The notes: generated by a model not told the origin, from the letters alone. A stretch of 64,000 nt of DNA from an uncultured Bacilli bacterium (GCA_934085595.1 CAKOHK010000001.1:145705-209704), one strand, 5' to 3'. Shown: positions 1 to 10,195, numbered from the stretch's first letter. Translations and numbers: made by a program.

Positions 1-127
1 TACTTCTATAACTTTCACTATTTATAGTAAACTTAGCATAGCTTATTGCAAGTACCGGACAAAGTCCAATAAGTACTAAAACTATAAAAATGTTTTTCTT
101 TATAAAATAAGATATTTTCTTCTTCAT
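1..127 (-). CDS. 5' end (about 42 codons) of another TasA/camelysin-like secreted-protein paralog. The gene runs off the window start
   Basis: ATG at 125-127 on the minus strand. Translation MKKKISYFIKKNIFIVLVLIGLCPVLAISYAKFTINSESYRS matches the N-termini of 20301..21818 and 62479..64000. DNA of 1..100 is near-identical to 63904..64000. Confidence 0.6.
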   Translation of the reverse strand, partial: MKKKISYFIKKNIFIVLVLIGLCPVLAISYAKFTINSESYRS

Positions 128-169
128 ATTATCTAGTTTACCCATAAACATACACTTCCATTATATAAA

Positions 170-200
170 ATTATAACAGGTACCCCCTCCCCCATGTCAA
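170..200 (-). promoter_or_regulatory. Candidate sigma-A promoter for the paralog starting at 127, with an interrupted homopolymeric tract (G5AG5 on the coding strand) in the spacer
   Basis: Minus strand reads TTGACA (195-200), then a 19-nt spacer tGGGGGaGGGGGtacctgt, then TATAAT (170-175). A second TATAAT lies just downstream. Confidence 0.45.
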
Positions 201-266
201 GTAGCAAACAAAAAGCGAACACTTTTGTGAACGCATTTTAATATCATATTCCTTTAAAAATCATTT

Positions 267-2429
267 TTACTTTTTATCTTTTTCAATATAATTTCCTTCA
301 AGTTTAACATTCAAAGTCATATCCTTAGTTATATCACTATCTTTTTTAATAGAGTATTCTTTTACATATCCATATCCCTCAAATGTAACATTAATACCAT
401 ACATTTTACATAAAAGTTCTACTTCACCCCTGCTCCATTTATTAATATCAATCATTTTATATTTTTCACCATTAGTTACCAAAAAAACTTTATTATCAAG
501 ATTAAGTATTGTTCCTTTACTTGGATATTGATTTATTATAACATCACCATCTCCAATTACTATAGGTGTAACTCCATCTTGTTTTAATAACTCTTCTACA
601 TCACTAACATTTTTATTATAATAATTGTCTACTGTATATGTTATTTCTTCATTCTCTTCATTATTATCATATATATTTAAGTATGTAGATATATTCTTAA
701 CTAAATCTTTAACAGCACTATACATTACTTTAGATGTACTAAGTTTACTTGCTGCTACATATATAATTATTTTTGGATCATTACCAGGAAATATTCCTCC
801 AAAACTTTTAACATAACTATTTTTTAAATATCCACCACTACCTGCTATTTCTGCAGTACCAGTTTTACCTACTAAATCATAACCCTTTAAATAGTATGAT
901 GTACCAGTACTCATTTTACTTGTCCCATCAACTACCCCTCTCATAAGTTCTATCATTTTGTTAACAGTTTCTGTGCTTGCTACTTTTTTAACTACTTCTC
1001 TTTCATTTTGTAAATATACTTCATTAGTAACTGGATTAACTATTTTATCTATTATATATGGTTTAATAACTTCTCCATCATTAGTAAGACTACTAAGAGC
1101 CTGCAGCATTTGTACAGCTGTTACCGTCATTCCTTGTCCATATGAAGCACTTGCTATTTCTGAATTATATCTTATATTATCAAGATTACCTTTCATCTCA
1201 TTAGAAAGCATAGTTCCAGTACTCTTACCAAATCCAAGAGAAGTATAATAATCTTTAAGTTTTGCTCTACCAAGAGATAAAGCAAGATTACTCGCAGCTA
1301 CATTACTTGAAGCCATAAATCCTTCATCATAAGTAATCTCTCCCCATCCTCTTTTATTCCAATCACGAATAGTATACTCATCTACCTTAACACTACCGCT
1401 TTTATATTTCTCATCTCCCTTATATATTCCATTTTCCATCGCAGCCATGAAACTAAAAGTTTTCATAACACTACCAGGTTCATATTCATATGAAACAAAA
1501 GGATCATAATATGATTTTATTTCTAGTGTATTATTATTAAAACTAGGACTACTAGCAACTCCAAGTATCTTACCACTTTTAGCATCCATAACACTTACTG
1601 TTGCCCATTCTAATGAAGCTGCTTCAAGTGCTTTAATTGCTTCTTCTGTAAACATTTGAATATTAGTATCTATCGTTAAATAAACATCACTTCCAGGAAT
1701 ACTTTCTACTTCTCTAGTAGGTGAAGTAGTTATCTGGTATCCATCTTTATCAGCCTGATATTCTATATATCCATCAGTACCAGTAAGTTTATCATTTAAT
1801 GTATACTCTATTCCCATTTCTCCCTTAAATACACCTTTATCATTCATTCTAGCATATCCAAGAGTATAAGATAAAAAATCTCCATTAGGATAATATCTCT
1901 TAGTACTAGAAATAAAATCTATCCCTGGAAGCCCAAGATCATCTATTTCATCTTTAACAAGTTCAGTAATTCCTCTTCCCCCAGGTCCAAGTTCTACTTG
2001 ATAAGGACTTACTTCCTTGCATTCTCCATTATCATCACATGATTTAATCTTAGTATTTAATATACTAAGTATCTTTTCTTCAGTCATATTAATAAGAGGA
2101 CTTAATTTTTTAGCAGTTTCTTCTTTATCTACAACATGATGTGGATGTTTACTATCACTAGTTCTACTAGAAGATAAATAAGCTATAACTGTATAACTAT
2201 TAACATCTTTAGCAAGTACTTCTTTATCACTAGAATATATAGTTCCACGCCTTGCTGTTATTACATCTTTCCTAGTATTTCTATTACTTGCAAACTCACT
2301 TAAAGATATACTTCCTACTTTAGTAGTTCCAAGACCAATTAAAAAAAGTTTTGCTATAATTATAACAAAAATAAAAACAACAATAATTAAAAAACTATTT
2401 GTTACATTAACTATTCTTGTTTTCTTCAT
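267..2429 (-). CDS. Class B penicillin-binding protein (FtsI/SpoVD-type transpeptidase with C-terminal PASTA-like domain)
   Basis: 720 aa with an N-terminal TM anchor, PBP dimerisation and transpeptidase regions (SxxK-type motifs, KTGTA). Sits directly downstream of ftsL-rsmH-mraZ. Confidence 0.9.
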   Translation of the reverse strand: MKKTRIVNVTNSFLIIVVFIFVIIIAKLFLIGLGTTKVGSISLSEFASNRNTRKDVITARRGTIYSSDKEVLAKDVNSYTVIAYLSSSRTSDSKHPHHVVDKEETAKKLSPLINMTEEKILSILNTKIKSCDDNGECKEVSPYQVELGPGGRGITELVKDEIDDLGLPGIDFISSTKRYYPNGDFLSYTLGYARMNDKGVFKGEMGIEYTLNDKLTGTDGYIEYQADKDGYQITTSPTREVESIPGSDVYLTIDTNIQMFTEEAIKALEAASLEWATVSVMDAKSGKILGVASSPSFNNNTLEIKSYYDPFVSYEYEPGSVMKTFSFMAAMENGIYKGDEKYKSGSVKVDEYTIRDWNKRGWGEITYDEGFMASSNVAASNLALSLGRAKLKDYYTSLGFGKSTGTMLSNEMKGNLDNIRYNSEIASASYGQGMTVTAVQMLQALSSLTNDGEVIKPYIIDKIVNPVTNEVYLQNEREVVKKVASTETVNKMIELMRGVVDGTSKMSTGTSYYLKGYDLVGKTGTAEIAGSGGYLKNSYVKSFGGIFPGNDPKIIIYVAASKLSTSKVMYSAVKDLVKNISTYLNIYDNNEENEEITYTVDNYYNKNVSDVEELLKQDGVTPIVIGDGDVIINQYPSKGTILNLDNKVFLVTNGEKYKMIDINKWSRGEVELLCKMYGINVTFEGYGYVKEYSIKKDSDITKDMTLNVKLEGNYIEKDKK

Positions 2430-2437
2430 ATCTTCTC

Positions 2438-2713
2438 CTATTCTTCTATTACTTTTATATTACTATTATTATAACTAAGTCCATAATTATTTGCAACACT
2501 TAAAGCATTATCAAGACTAGATAATTCATTTATTTTCATCTGCATTCCAAGATTTAATTCTTCTTGAGTATTTATTTCTTTTAATAGTCTTTGTTTAGTA
2601 GCATTCCCCGATTCAATAGCGGCACTAAATATGCTTTCACATAGTATTGTTCCTACCATGAATAATACTATTAAAGCTGTAAACATCTTTTCATACTTTG
2701 ATTTTGTTTTCAT
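2438..2713 (-). CDS. ftsL: Cell division protein FtsL-like (small bitopic membrane protein)
   Basis: 91 aa with a single TM and a coiled-coil-like tail. Lies between rsmH and the PBP gene, as in dcw clusters. Confidence 0.5.
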   Translation of the reverse strand: MKTKSKYEKMFTALIVLFMVGTILCESIFSAAIESGNATKQRLLKEINTQEELNLGMQMKINELSSLDNALSVANNYGLSYNNSNIKVIEE

Positions 2714-3630
2714 TATCTTACCCTTTCTATTACTCTTAGTTTTGCACTTCTGCTTCTATTATTTTCATCTATTTCTTTTTCGTTTGGTATTATTTTTATT
2801 ATTTGTTTTGCTCTTGCTTTCATATTTTCTGGTACCATAGGTAACTTACTTGCCATTTTATCATCACTACATAATTCTTTAAATATATTAGCTACTGTTT
2901 TATCTTCTAATGAATGAAATGTAATAACTGCAAGTCTTCCATCTACTTTAAGTAAATCAAACGCATCATTAATAGCTTTATTTAATATATCTATTTCATG
3001 ATTTACTTCTATTCTTATTGCTTGAAATACTTTTCTTGCTGGATGATGTTTAACTCTATAGCTCTCTGGAACACTATTTTTAATAACTTCTACTAGTTCT
3101 AAAGTAGTATCAATAGGTCTACTATTTACTATCTTTTTAGCTATTTGTTTACTATATTTTTCATCCCCATATTTATAAAATATATTAGATAATTCTTTTT
3201 CACTATAATTATTAACTACATAGTGTGCATCAAGTGTATTATCTCTATCCATTCTCATATCAAGATAAGCGTTTTTATGAAAGCTAAATCCTCTTTCATC
3301 TGTATCAAGCTGTGGACTACTAACTCCAAGATCAAACATGATACCATCTACATCTTTATCTATATATTTTTTAATATCTACAAAATTACTTTTAATTATT
3401 TTATAATTTTTAGATATTTTACTTAATTTCTGATCAGAATAATTAATCGCATCTATATCCTGATCAAAGGCGAATAAGAACCCCTTCTCATTCAATCTTT
3501 TAAGTACTTCACTAGAATGTCCTGCATACCCTAAGGTACAATCTATGTAAATGCCATCCGGCTTTACATTCAAATTATTTATTGTTTCCATAAGCATAAC
3601 TGATTTATGCTTCATAATTATCCCCCTCAA
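2713..3630 (-). CDS. rsmH: 16S rRNA (cytosine1402-N4)-methyltransferase RsmH/MraW
   Basis: 305 aa. Motifs DCTLGYAGHS and FHSLEDK are typical of MraW. Confidence 0.95.
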   Translation of the reverse strand: MRGIIMKHKSVMLMETINNLNVKPDGIYIDCTLGYAGHSSEVLKRLNEKGFLFAFDQDIDAINYSDQKLSKISKNYKIIKSNFVDIKKYIDKDVDGIMFDLGVSSPQLDTDERGFSFHKNAYLDMRMDRDNTLDAHYVVNNYSEKELSNIFYKYGDEKYSKQIAKKIVNSRPIDTTLELVEVIKNSVPESYRVKHHPARKVFQAIRIEVNHEIDILNKAINDAFDLLKVDGRLAVITFHSLEDKTVANIFKELCSDDKMASKLPMVPENMKARAKQIIKIIPNEKEIDENNRSRSAKLRVIERVR

Positions 3631-4078
3631 ATAAATCTTCTGCTATTTCTTCAAGTGTATTTTCATTTTCTTTAATAAACTTGTCAAACTCTTCTTTATC
3701 CCATATTTCAAGTCGTTCATTAACGCCAATAATAACACATTCTTTATTAATATTGGCGTAATGAATGAGCGGTGAGGTAATACTAATTCGACCTTGTTTA
3801 TCGAATTCATTTAAAGAAGCTCCACCAACGAAAAACCTTTCAAAAGCTCTTACATTTTTCTTAGTGAATTTTAAAGTGTTTAAGTCTTTAACAAGTTTAT
3901 TCCATTCATCTATTGAATATACAAATAAACATTTATCAAGACCTTTAGTTATTATGTATTGATTTCCAAGTTCATTTCTAAACTTAGAAGGAATTATAAG
4001 TCTACCTTTATCATCAATATTATGATGATATTCACCCATTAACATAAAAACTCCCCACTTTCCTCCACTTTGTTTCAC
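3605..4078 (-). CDS. mraZ: Transcriptional regulator MraZ
   Basis: 157 aa with the duplicated DxxxR MraZ fold (KGRLIIPSKFR ... KQGRISI). First gene of the dcw cluster. Confidence 0.9.
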   Translation of the reverse strand: MKQSGGKWGVFMLMGEYHHNIDDKGRLIIPSKFRNELGNQYIITKGLDKCLFVYSIDEWNKLVKDLNTLKFTKKNVRAFERFFVGGASLNEFDKQGRISITSPLIHYANINKECVIIGVNERLEIWDKEEFDKFIKENENTLEEIAEDLFEGDNYEA

Positions 4079-4160
4079 TTCCTACCACTATATTACTATA
4101 ACAATATATAAAAGTAAATACTAAATCATAAAAAAACACTCACTTTTTGTAAAGTAAGTG

Positions 4161-4838
4161 TTAATTACGTACTCTTTTAAGAATATCTCCTAAGTCAACT
4201 TCTATATCTTTATCACTACTAAGCATACTATTTATATATTCACTTAATTTTATTAATTCTTCTCTATCAAGAGTATCCTTATTTTTTTCTTCAGTTCTAG
4301 TCATAAAAGGTGTCACATTAGTATAAGTTTCACTATTAACTTGTTCATTTAAAGAAGCACTTACCGGTTTAATAACATCTTCTTCTTGATGATACTCATC
4401 AGCCCCCTCAAGAACATCAATACGTCTTGCTTTATATGGCTCCACTTCCTCAAACGCAACCCTACTAAGAGGTCTAAATAAACTATTATCAGGTTGCTTA
4501 ATAACACTAACATCATCAACATATATATCATTATTAGAATTAGTATTTTTAAAGTGTCCACTTAATACTTTACTATCTATAAAATCATTAAGACTCTTCT
4601 TATCATTAAGAAGTTTATTACATTTAATAACTGTATAAAATGGTATAAGTCCTTTCATATAATCACTTATATCAAGTAAACTTCCTTTATTTTTCTTAAG
4701 TCCCCTATTCTTAAGTTCAAAATTAATTCTAAAATTAACTTCATCACTCTTATATAAATAGTAAACTATACTAACTATTAATGTAATTAAATATATAATC
4801 ATTATATTGCTTAATACTTCACTCATAACTGCCTCCAC
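4161..4838 (-). CDS. Hypothetical membrane-anchored protein
   Basis: 225 aa with an N-terminal TM helix. No recognisable motif. Confidence 0.4.
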   Translation of the reverse strand: MEAVMSEVLSNIMIIYLITLIVSIVYYLYKSDEVNFRINFELKNRGLKKNKGSLLDISDYMKGLIPFYTVIKCNKLLNDKKSLNDFIDSKVLSGHFKNTNSNNDIYVDDVSVIKQPDNSLFRPLSRVAFEEVEPYKARRIDVLEGADEYHQEEDVIKPVSASLNEQVNSETYTNVTPFMTRTEEKNKDTLDREELIKLSEYINSMLSSDKDIEVDLGDILKRVRN

Positions 4839-4891
4839 ATCAAAAATATATTATATATTATAGTATTCTTTAGTATAGACTTCAAGTATTA

Positions 4892-5902
4892 TTACATAGC
4901 AAGTGCTAATTTCTCAAGACTATCATTATATTTGCTTTTAAGTCCTAGTTCTAATATCTCTCCAAAATGGTCACATAAATTATCAAACTCACTAGTTGCA
5001 TAGCGATCTTGATTTGGACATATTTGATAATTAAATCCATAATCTACAAGAAATGGTCTAATTAATCTATCTTGCCATCTTTCTCCTTGATATAAAATTA
5101 CTCTTTGCCCACATACATTAACTTGCATCCATCCAAGTACTTCAGTAGCAAAACTTTCTCTTATATCAGCAGTAACGTCACATACTCTTTGATATTCTTC
5201 ATATTTAGCACTCATTCTATTAAACGAATCTATATCATACTCTTTAAGTCCATCCATAAATGTTCTAAATAAACTTCCATGATCTTGTCTTCCATAACCA
5301 CCAGCAGCTTTATCATCATATTGACTAACAAGCTCACCATTAGGAAGTATCCAACCTCTAAAACTACTATTTCCACTTTTAGATGTAATATCTTCCATAA
5401 ACGAATCTATTATTTGCTTTTTATATTGTTCTCTTCTTTCTCTTTCAAGTCTTTCCCTTTCAAGTCTTTCTCTTTCGAGTCTTTCCCTTACAAGTCTTTC
5501 TCTTTCAAGTCTTTCTTGATCAATATCATCGCTTGTATTTGTTTGACTTTCTTCATTCTTAGTTTCTTCAGTAGTCTTACTAGTTTTACATAAATAAAGT
5601 GCTATTCTTTCAAGCTTTCTTATAACAGAATCTGTATTTTCACCTTTTGCAAGTTCATTTCTACAATAAGTTGTTAATTGAAGTAAACTCACTCCAGTAT
5701 CACGGCTTAAAGTAAGCAATAAATCATTTAGTACTACAGCACTATTAATATTACTATAACCGTTATTTAAATTACCATATCTTACATATCCTCTATCATC
5801 ATTACTATAGATTATTTTATCATTATTATTATACTTTATATCGTTATACTTATTATTTTCAATTTTTATATTATAATATTTTTTATCATCATAATATGAC
5901 AT
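4892..5902 (-). CDS. Hypothetical protein with a central (RERLE)n repeat
   Basis: 336 aa. The central ERLERERLVRERLERERLERERLERERRE is encoded by a 15-nt tandem DNA repeat. The C-terminal half is Cys/Trp-containing and unrecognised. Confidence 0.4.
   Translation of the reverse strand: MSYYDDKKYYNIKIENNKYNDIKYNNNDKIIYSNDDRGYVRYGNLNNGYSNINSAVVLNDLLLTLSRDTGVSLLQLTTYCRNELAKGENTDSVIRKLERIALYLCKTSKTTEETKNEESQTNTSDDIDQERLERERLVRERLERERLERERLERERREQYKKQIIDSFMEDITSKSGNSSFRGWILPNGELVSQYDDKAAGGYGRQDHGSLFRTFMDGLKEYDIDSFNRMSAKYEEYQRVCDVTADIRESFATEVLGWMQVNVCGQRVILYQGERWQDRLIRPFLVDYGFNYQICPNQDRYATSEFDNLCDHFGEILELGLKSKYNDSLEKLALAM
5436..5520 (-). repeat. In-frame 15-nt tandem repeat (about 5 copies) encoding the RERLE repeats
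   Basis: Plus strand reads ctttcaagtctttcc / ctttcaagtctttct / ctttcgagtctttcc ... inside CDS 4892..5902. Confidence 0.7.
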
Positions 5903-5995
5903 AGATTTACCCCCTTAATAAAAGTATTTACATTATAGCATATTTCTTCCATTTTGTCAAATTATTGTTCGTACGCAAAACCTTAAATAATATAA

Positions 5996-6451
5996 TTATT
6001 CTATATCATCTTTTTCGTATTTTTTCTTTTCTTCCATCATAAACTCAGTAATTTTATTTCCAATCTCAACAGCTCCATCAGGATCAATATTAGATAAATA
6101 TACATTTTCCTTAACTGTATCTATTTCTATATCACTCCATATTAGATTCTTTCTAATCTTTAAATCATTATACATATCAGGAGTAATAGTTGTTAAAACA
6201 TAACCCCATAACAATCCTTTCTGCCCTATTAATATTCTTTTATTAGTTAAAGCCATAACACAAGAATTAATAATCATAAAAGAACTTTCATTCTTTTGAG
6301 CACAAAAAGCATATAATACCTCTTCCCCAGGATTTAAATGCTTTCTAATAACTTTCGCATGAGATGTAACACGAAAAGCTACTGTCCTTTTATATTTCTT
6401 CTTAAACAACTTTGCAAGTTTAACTACATCCATTTTCTCTTTTCCTTTCAT
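5996..6451 (-). CDS. Bacterial PH-domain (YdbS/YdbT-like, bPH_2) protein
   Basis: 151 aa. LTNKRILIGQKG followed by a beta-rich tail is typical of bPH_2. Overlaps the upstream gene by 4 nt. Confidence 0.45.
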   Translation of the reverse strand: MKGKEKMDVVKLAKLFKKKYKRTVAFRVTSHAKVIRKHLNPGEEVLYAFCAQKNESSFMIINSCVMALTNKRILIGQKGLLWGYVLTTITPDMYNDLKIRKNLIWSDIEIDTVKENVYLSNIDPDGAVEIGNKITEFMMEEKKKYEKDDIE

Positions 6452-7149
6452 TTTCTTAAAGCCCTAACATTAACCCTATCAAGCACATTATCCATATAAA
6501 ACTCACCACTAAATATATCACTATTATCTTCTCTAGGATTATAAAATCTATCAAAGATATCAGTCATTTCCCTATCAAACACACTAGAAAAATATTTATA
6601 ATTTTCTCTTATTTCTCTACTTTTCATACCCATTATTATATTAGTACTTGTTATAAATAATCTCTCTTTATCTTTAGACATATCTTTGCTTACTCTTCTA
6701 ACACTATCCATATCACATAATAATATATCTCCATCATTATAAAGTATATTAGAAGTATTAACATCCCAATAATTAAATCCATAAGATAATATTAATCTAT
6801 ATAATTTATTAAGTTTAATAACAATATCTATTCTTTTTTCAGGATCAAGATCTCCCATTAAAAGCAATCTTCTTAAATTATCATATTCCTTATAATACTT
6901 CATCACATACCCAGCAAATATATCTTCTCTATTATTCCTAACAACTATCTTTTTTAAAGGAACCACTGATGATGGTATATTAAGCCTATTTAACTCTTCA
7001 ATCAAATCTTCTCTATAAGCATACTCTTTAAAATCATTATATATTTTATAGCAAAACTCATCATCATGATAAATAACACTTTCATAATGTGGCACTCTTA
7101 TACTATCTAGTTTATATATATTTAAGTTTTTTATATTAACTTTTTCCAT
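6448..7149 (-). CDS. Protein-kinase-like fold protein, possibly a spore-coat-associated kinase-like protein
   Basis: 233 aa. WDVNTSNILY...LLCDMDSV resembles a kinase catalytic loop (D.N..N) and a DFG-like DMD. Confidence 0.35.
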   Translation of the reverse strand: MEKVNIKNLNIYKLDSIRVPHYESVIYHDDEFCYKIYNDFKEYAYREDLIEELNRLNIPSSVVPLKKIVVRNNREDIFAGYVMKYYKEYDNLRRLLLMGDLDPEKRIDIVIKLNKLYRLILSYGFNYWDVNTSNILYNDGDILLCDMDSVRRVSKDMSKDKERLFITSTNIIMGMKSREIRENYKYFSSVFDREMTDIFDRFYNPREDNSDIFSGEFYMDNVLDRVNVRALRK

Positions 7150-7248
7150 AACTATATAATATCATATATTTGTAAAGTATACAAAATTATTAAATAAAAT
7201 TAAATATTTTAATCATTATATTATATAATTACATTAGAGGTAATTTAT

Positions 7249-8181
7249 ATGAAAAAAATATTATTTGCATTTTTATCACTTTTATTAACTATTAGTATTA
7301 TCTATACTATATATTATTTTATTAGTAAAGATAATAATATTAATAAAAACGATAACAACATAACTATTAAAGAAGATGAATTAACTACTATTGGTTATAC
7401 TAAAGAAGAAGCTAAAGAAATAAGAAAACTATTTACTAAAGAAGAAATCGATACTTATTTACTTAAAACTAAATATAATGATTTATTATCATATAAAAAA
7501 TGTAAAGCATTTAATATAGAAAACTTAAATAGATATATTGCTTACAAAGAAAAAAATAATTATTCTATAGAAAACATAGTTAATTATGTAGAAATAAACT
7601 TAGATAAAGAGTTCTATACCGATATTAAAGAAATAGATTCTTCTTCTATTAATAAACTTACTTTAGTAAATAAATATAATAAACTTATTGATAATTATGA
7701 AGCATCTGATTTAATAACACTTGATAAAAATTATTCTTCAAATAAACAAAAGGTTAAATCTGAAATATTTCCATATTTAAAAAATATGTTTGATGATGCT
7801 AAGAAAGAAGGACTTTCTCTTAAAGTAATATCTGGTTATAGAACACATTCTCTTCAAAATACTTTATTTAATAATTCGAAAAAAAGAAATGGTTTAGATC
7901 ATGCATTAATGTATTCAGCTCGTCCAGGTCACTCAGAACATCAGTTAGGTTACGCTGTTGATATAAATACTGTACAAGAAAAGTTTAAAAATACAAAAGA
8001 ATACGCATTCTTAAAAGATAATGCATATAAATATGGTTTTATAGAAAGATATAAAGAAGGAAAAGAGTTTATAACTGGTTATGGATATGAACCATGGCAC
8101 TATAGATATGTTGGAATAGATGCTGCTAAAATCATATATGAAAATGATTTAACTCTAGAAGAATATTTATTACTTTATTAA
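7249..8181 (+). CDS. D-alanyl-D-alanine carboxypeptidase, VanY/M15 family, membrane anchored
   Basis: N-terminal TM. SGYRTHSLQ, SARPGHSEHQLGYAVDI and EPWHYRYVG are the VanY zinc-peptidase motifs. Confidence 0.8.
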   Translation: MKKILFAFLSLLLTISIIYTIYYFISKDNNINKNDNNITIKEDELTTIGYTKEEAKEIRKLFTKEEIDTYLLKTKYNDLLSYKKCKAFNIENLNRYIAYKEKNNYSIENIVNYVEINLDKEFYTDIKEIDSSSINKLTLVNKYNKLIDNYEASDLITLDKNYSSNKQKVKSEIFPYLKNMFDDAKKEGLSLKVISGYRTHSLQNTLFNNSKKRNGLDHALMYSARPGHSEHQLGYAVDINTVQEKFKNTKEYAFLKDNAYKYGFIERYKEGKEFITGYGYEPWHYRYVGIDAAKIIYENDLTLEEYLLLY

Positions 8182-8882
8182 AATATTTTCTTAACAAACA
8201 ATAAATAAAAGCATAAAACAACAAGAAAACTACAAATAGTAATTACACAAATAATTACTATTTTTTTACTATTATAAGATAGTTCCCTAACACTATCTTC
8301 TTCACTTTTAAATACACTCTTAGTTTTACTAACATGAATAACATATTTATTATTATTCATATTGTTATTAGAAGTAATATTTACTATAACATCATTATTC
8401 CCATCATTAAAATTCCCATTATTTTCAATCTTAACTGTACTTATAGAACTATCTGTTTCATAATTAAATCTTAAATACTCATTATCATAAGCATCTATAT
8501 AATAATCATGTATATCATTCTTAAAATCTATATCATATCCATCTATATTAAAATATTTAAATGTAGCTATATTCTCATCATCATGACTATAATTTTTATA
8601 TACTCTTATAGTATACTCTCCACTCTTACTACTATTAATTTTAAATATATTTTCTCCATTAATTATATTAAAAACTCCATATCCATTTACTTCTTCATCT
8701 TTATCTTTAGATACACTTATTAATACACTATCTTTATCACTAAAATAATTATATACTTTAGTATTTATATCAAAATAAGGTATAACACTTTCATTATTAA
8801 TTTTTATATCAGATAAAGCAAATACTCTATCAAAACAAAAAGAAAAGATACACAAAATAATTATATAAAGTTTCTTTTTCAT
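8178..8882 (-). CDS. Secreted, C-terminally membrane-anchored hypothetical protein (beta-sandwich-like)
   Basis: 234 aa with a signal peptide and a C-terminal TM. No clear family. Confidence 0.35.
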   Translation of the reverse strand: MKKKLYIIILCIFSFCFDRVFALSDIKINNESVIPYFDINTKVYNYFSDKDSVLISVSKDKDEEVNGYGVFNIINGENIFKINSSKSGEYTIRVYKNYSHDDENIATFKYFNIDGYDIDFKNDIHDYYIDAYDNEYLRFNYETDSSISTVKIENNGNFNDGNNDVIVNITSNNNMNNNKYVIHVSKTKSVFKSEEDSVRELSYNSKKIVIICVITICSFLVVLCFYLLFVKKIF

Positions 8883-8890
8883 AGCTTCTC

Positions 8891-10195
8891 CTATATACTT
8901 TTTATAACTATATTATGTACTCTTTTCTTTTTATTATTTATTATAAATGCATTTTTAAATCTATTTTCCATATCATCTATGTTCTTATTATAATATATAA
9001 TTCCAAGTATATCATTACATCTTATCTTTTTACCTAAGTTTTCATTTATGTATACTCCTACATTATAATCTATATTATCTTCTTTTTTACTTCTTCCAGC
9101 ACCTAAATCAAATACTAGTTTCGCTATTTCTTCTGCATCTATTTTATTTAAATATCCTTCTTTATCACTACTTACTATATATTTATTAGCTTTAATTTCA
9201 AATCCATTTAATGTTCCATGTTGTGCTTTTATCCATTCATAAAACTTAGCTCTTGCCATTCCACTTTTAATACTTAATATAACCATTTCTTTTGCTTTTT
9301 TAAATGTTTTATTAAGTGAAACACTTACCATAGTACTTGCTATATAAATACATAATTCATATAATCTTTTATCATATATTCCATCAAAGAACTTAATTGC
9401 TTCTAATACTTCAAGTTTATTTCCAACATATTTTCCAAGTGGATTTTCCATATCACTAAGAACGCATATTAATTTCTTATTATATCTTTTAGCAATATTT
9501 TTCATAAGTTTACTAAGTTTAATAGCATCTTTCCTATTCTTCATGAAAGCACCACTACCTACTTTTAAATCTATAACTATACTATCAGCGCCACAAGCAA
9601 TCTTCTTAGACATAATAGAACTTGCTATTAAAGGTATTGAATTAGTAGCTCCAATTTCATTTCTAAGTGCATATATTTTTTTATCAGCAATGCACATATC
9701 ATCACTTTGACTAATTACATAACATCCTACTTTAGATAAAATATTTTTACTCTCTTCATCACTTATATTAAGTTTATAACCGCGAATGCTCTCAAGCTTA
9801 TCAGCAGTTCCACCAGTAAGTCCAAGACCCCTACCACTCATTTTAGGAACAGCCACTCCAAGAGATGCTACAATCGGAGCAACTATTATTGATACTTTAT
9901 CTCCAACTCCACCAGTAGAATGTTTATCTACTATCTTTTTATCTAAAAAACTCATATCATTAACTTTACCACTTTTAATCATAACATCAGTTAAATAATA
10001 AGTTTCTTCTTCGCTAATACCATTATTATATATATTAAGAATAAACTTACTCATATCTTTATCATTTATTTTGCCTTTAACATACCCCATAACCATATAT
10101 TCTATTTCACTATAAGTAAGTTTTTCTTTACCAGTTTTATTAATAATCTTATCTTTCATATATTCCCTTTCTATTCTATAACTATTATATAACAA
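8891..10195 (-). CDS. pdp: Pyrimidine-nucleoside (thymidine) phosphorylase
   Basis: 434 aa. HSTGGVGDKVS and SGRGLGLTGGTADKLESI are the family's signature motifs. Confidence 0.9.
   Translation of the reverse strand: MLYNSYRIEREYMKDKIINKTGKEKLTYSEIEYMVMGYVKGKINDKDMSKFILNIYNNGISEEETYYLTDVMIKSGKVNDMSFLDKKIVDKHSTGGVGDKVSIIVAPIVASLGVAVPKMSGRGLGLTGGTADKLESIRGYKLNISDEESKNILSKVGCYVISQSDDMCIADKKIYALRNEIGATNSIPLIASSIMSKKIACGADSIVIDLKVGSGAFMKNRKDAIKLSKLMKNIAKRYNKKLICVLSDMENPLGKYVGNKLEVLEAIKFFDGIYDKRLYELCIYIASTMVSVSLNKTFKKAKEMVILSIKSGMARAKFYEWIKAQHGTLNGFEIKANKYIVSSDKEGYLNKIDAEEIAKLVFDLGAGRSKKEDNIDYNVGVYINENLGKKIRCNDILGIIYYNKNIDDMENRFKNAFIINNKKKRVHNIVIKSI

Noticed and set aside
625-1248. Plus-strand ORFs 625..816 and 958..1248 inside the PBP gene. 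Similar short antisense ORFs sit throughout the window (2631..2840, 3223..3426, 3765..3962, 4361..4561, 5279..5593, 8508..8723, 9786..9998, 11512..11784, 12401..12583, 16919..17134, 18556..18831, 19636..19854, 20555..20893, 27732..27983, 31153..31443, 34115..34384, 34763..34960, 35055..35336, 36609..36905, 38774..38956, 40560..40793, 40965..41240, 41899..42081, 44018..44203, 44980..45171, 46086..46271, 46300..46626, 51809..51997, 52569..52751, 62018..62437, 62751..62960)
   Set aside because: All lie antisense or out of frame within much longer, well-supported genes. Their translations are low-complexity and Leu/Ile/Phe/Ser-rich, as expected from AT-rich DNA read on the wrong strand, and they lack RBSs. 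Treated as spurious.
5436-5520. Possible CRISPR-like or non-coding tandem repeat
   Set aside because: The 15-nt units are in frame inside CDS 4892..5902 and encode the RERLE repeats. There are no spacers and no cas genes. No CRISPR array elsewhere in the window.
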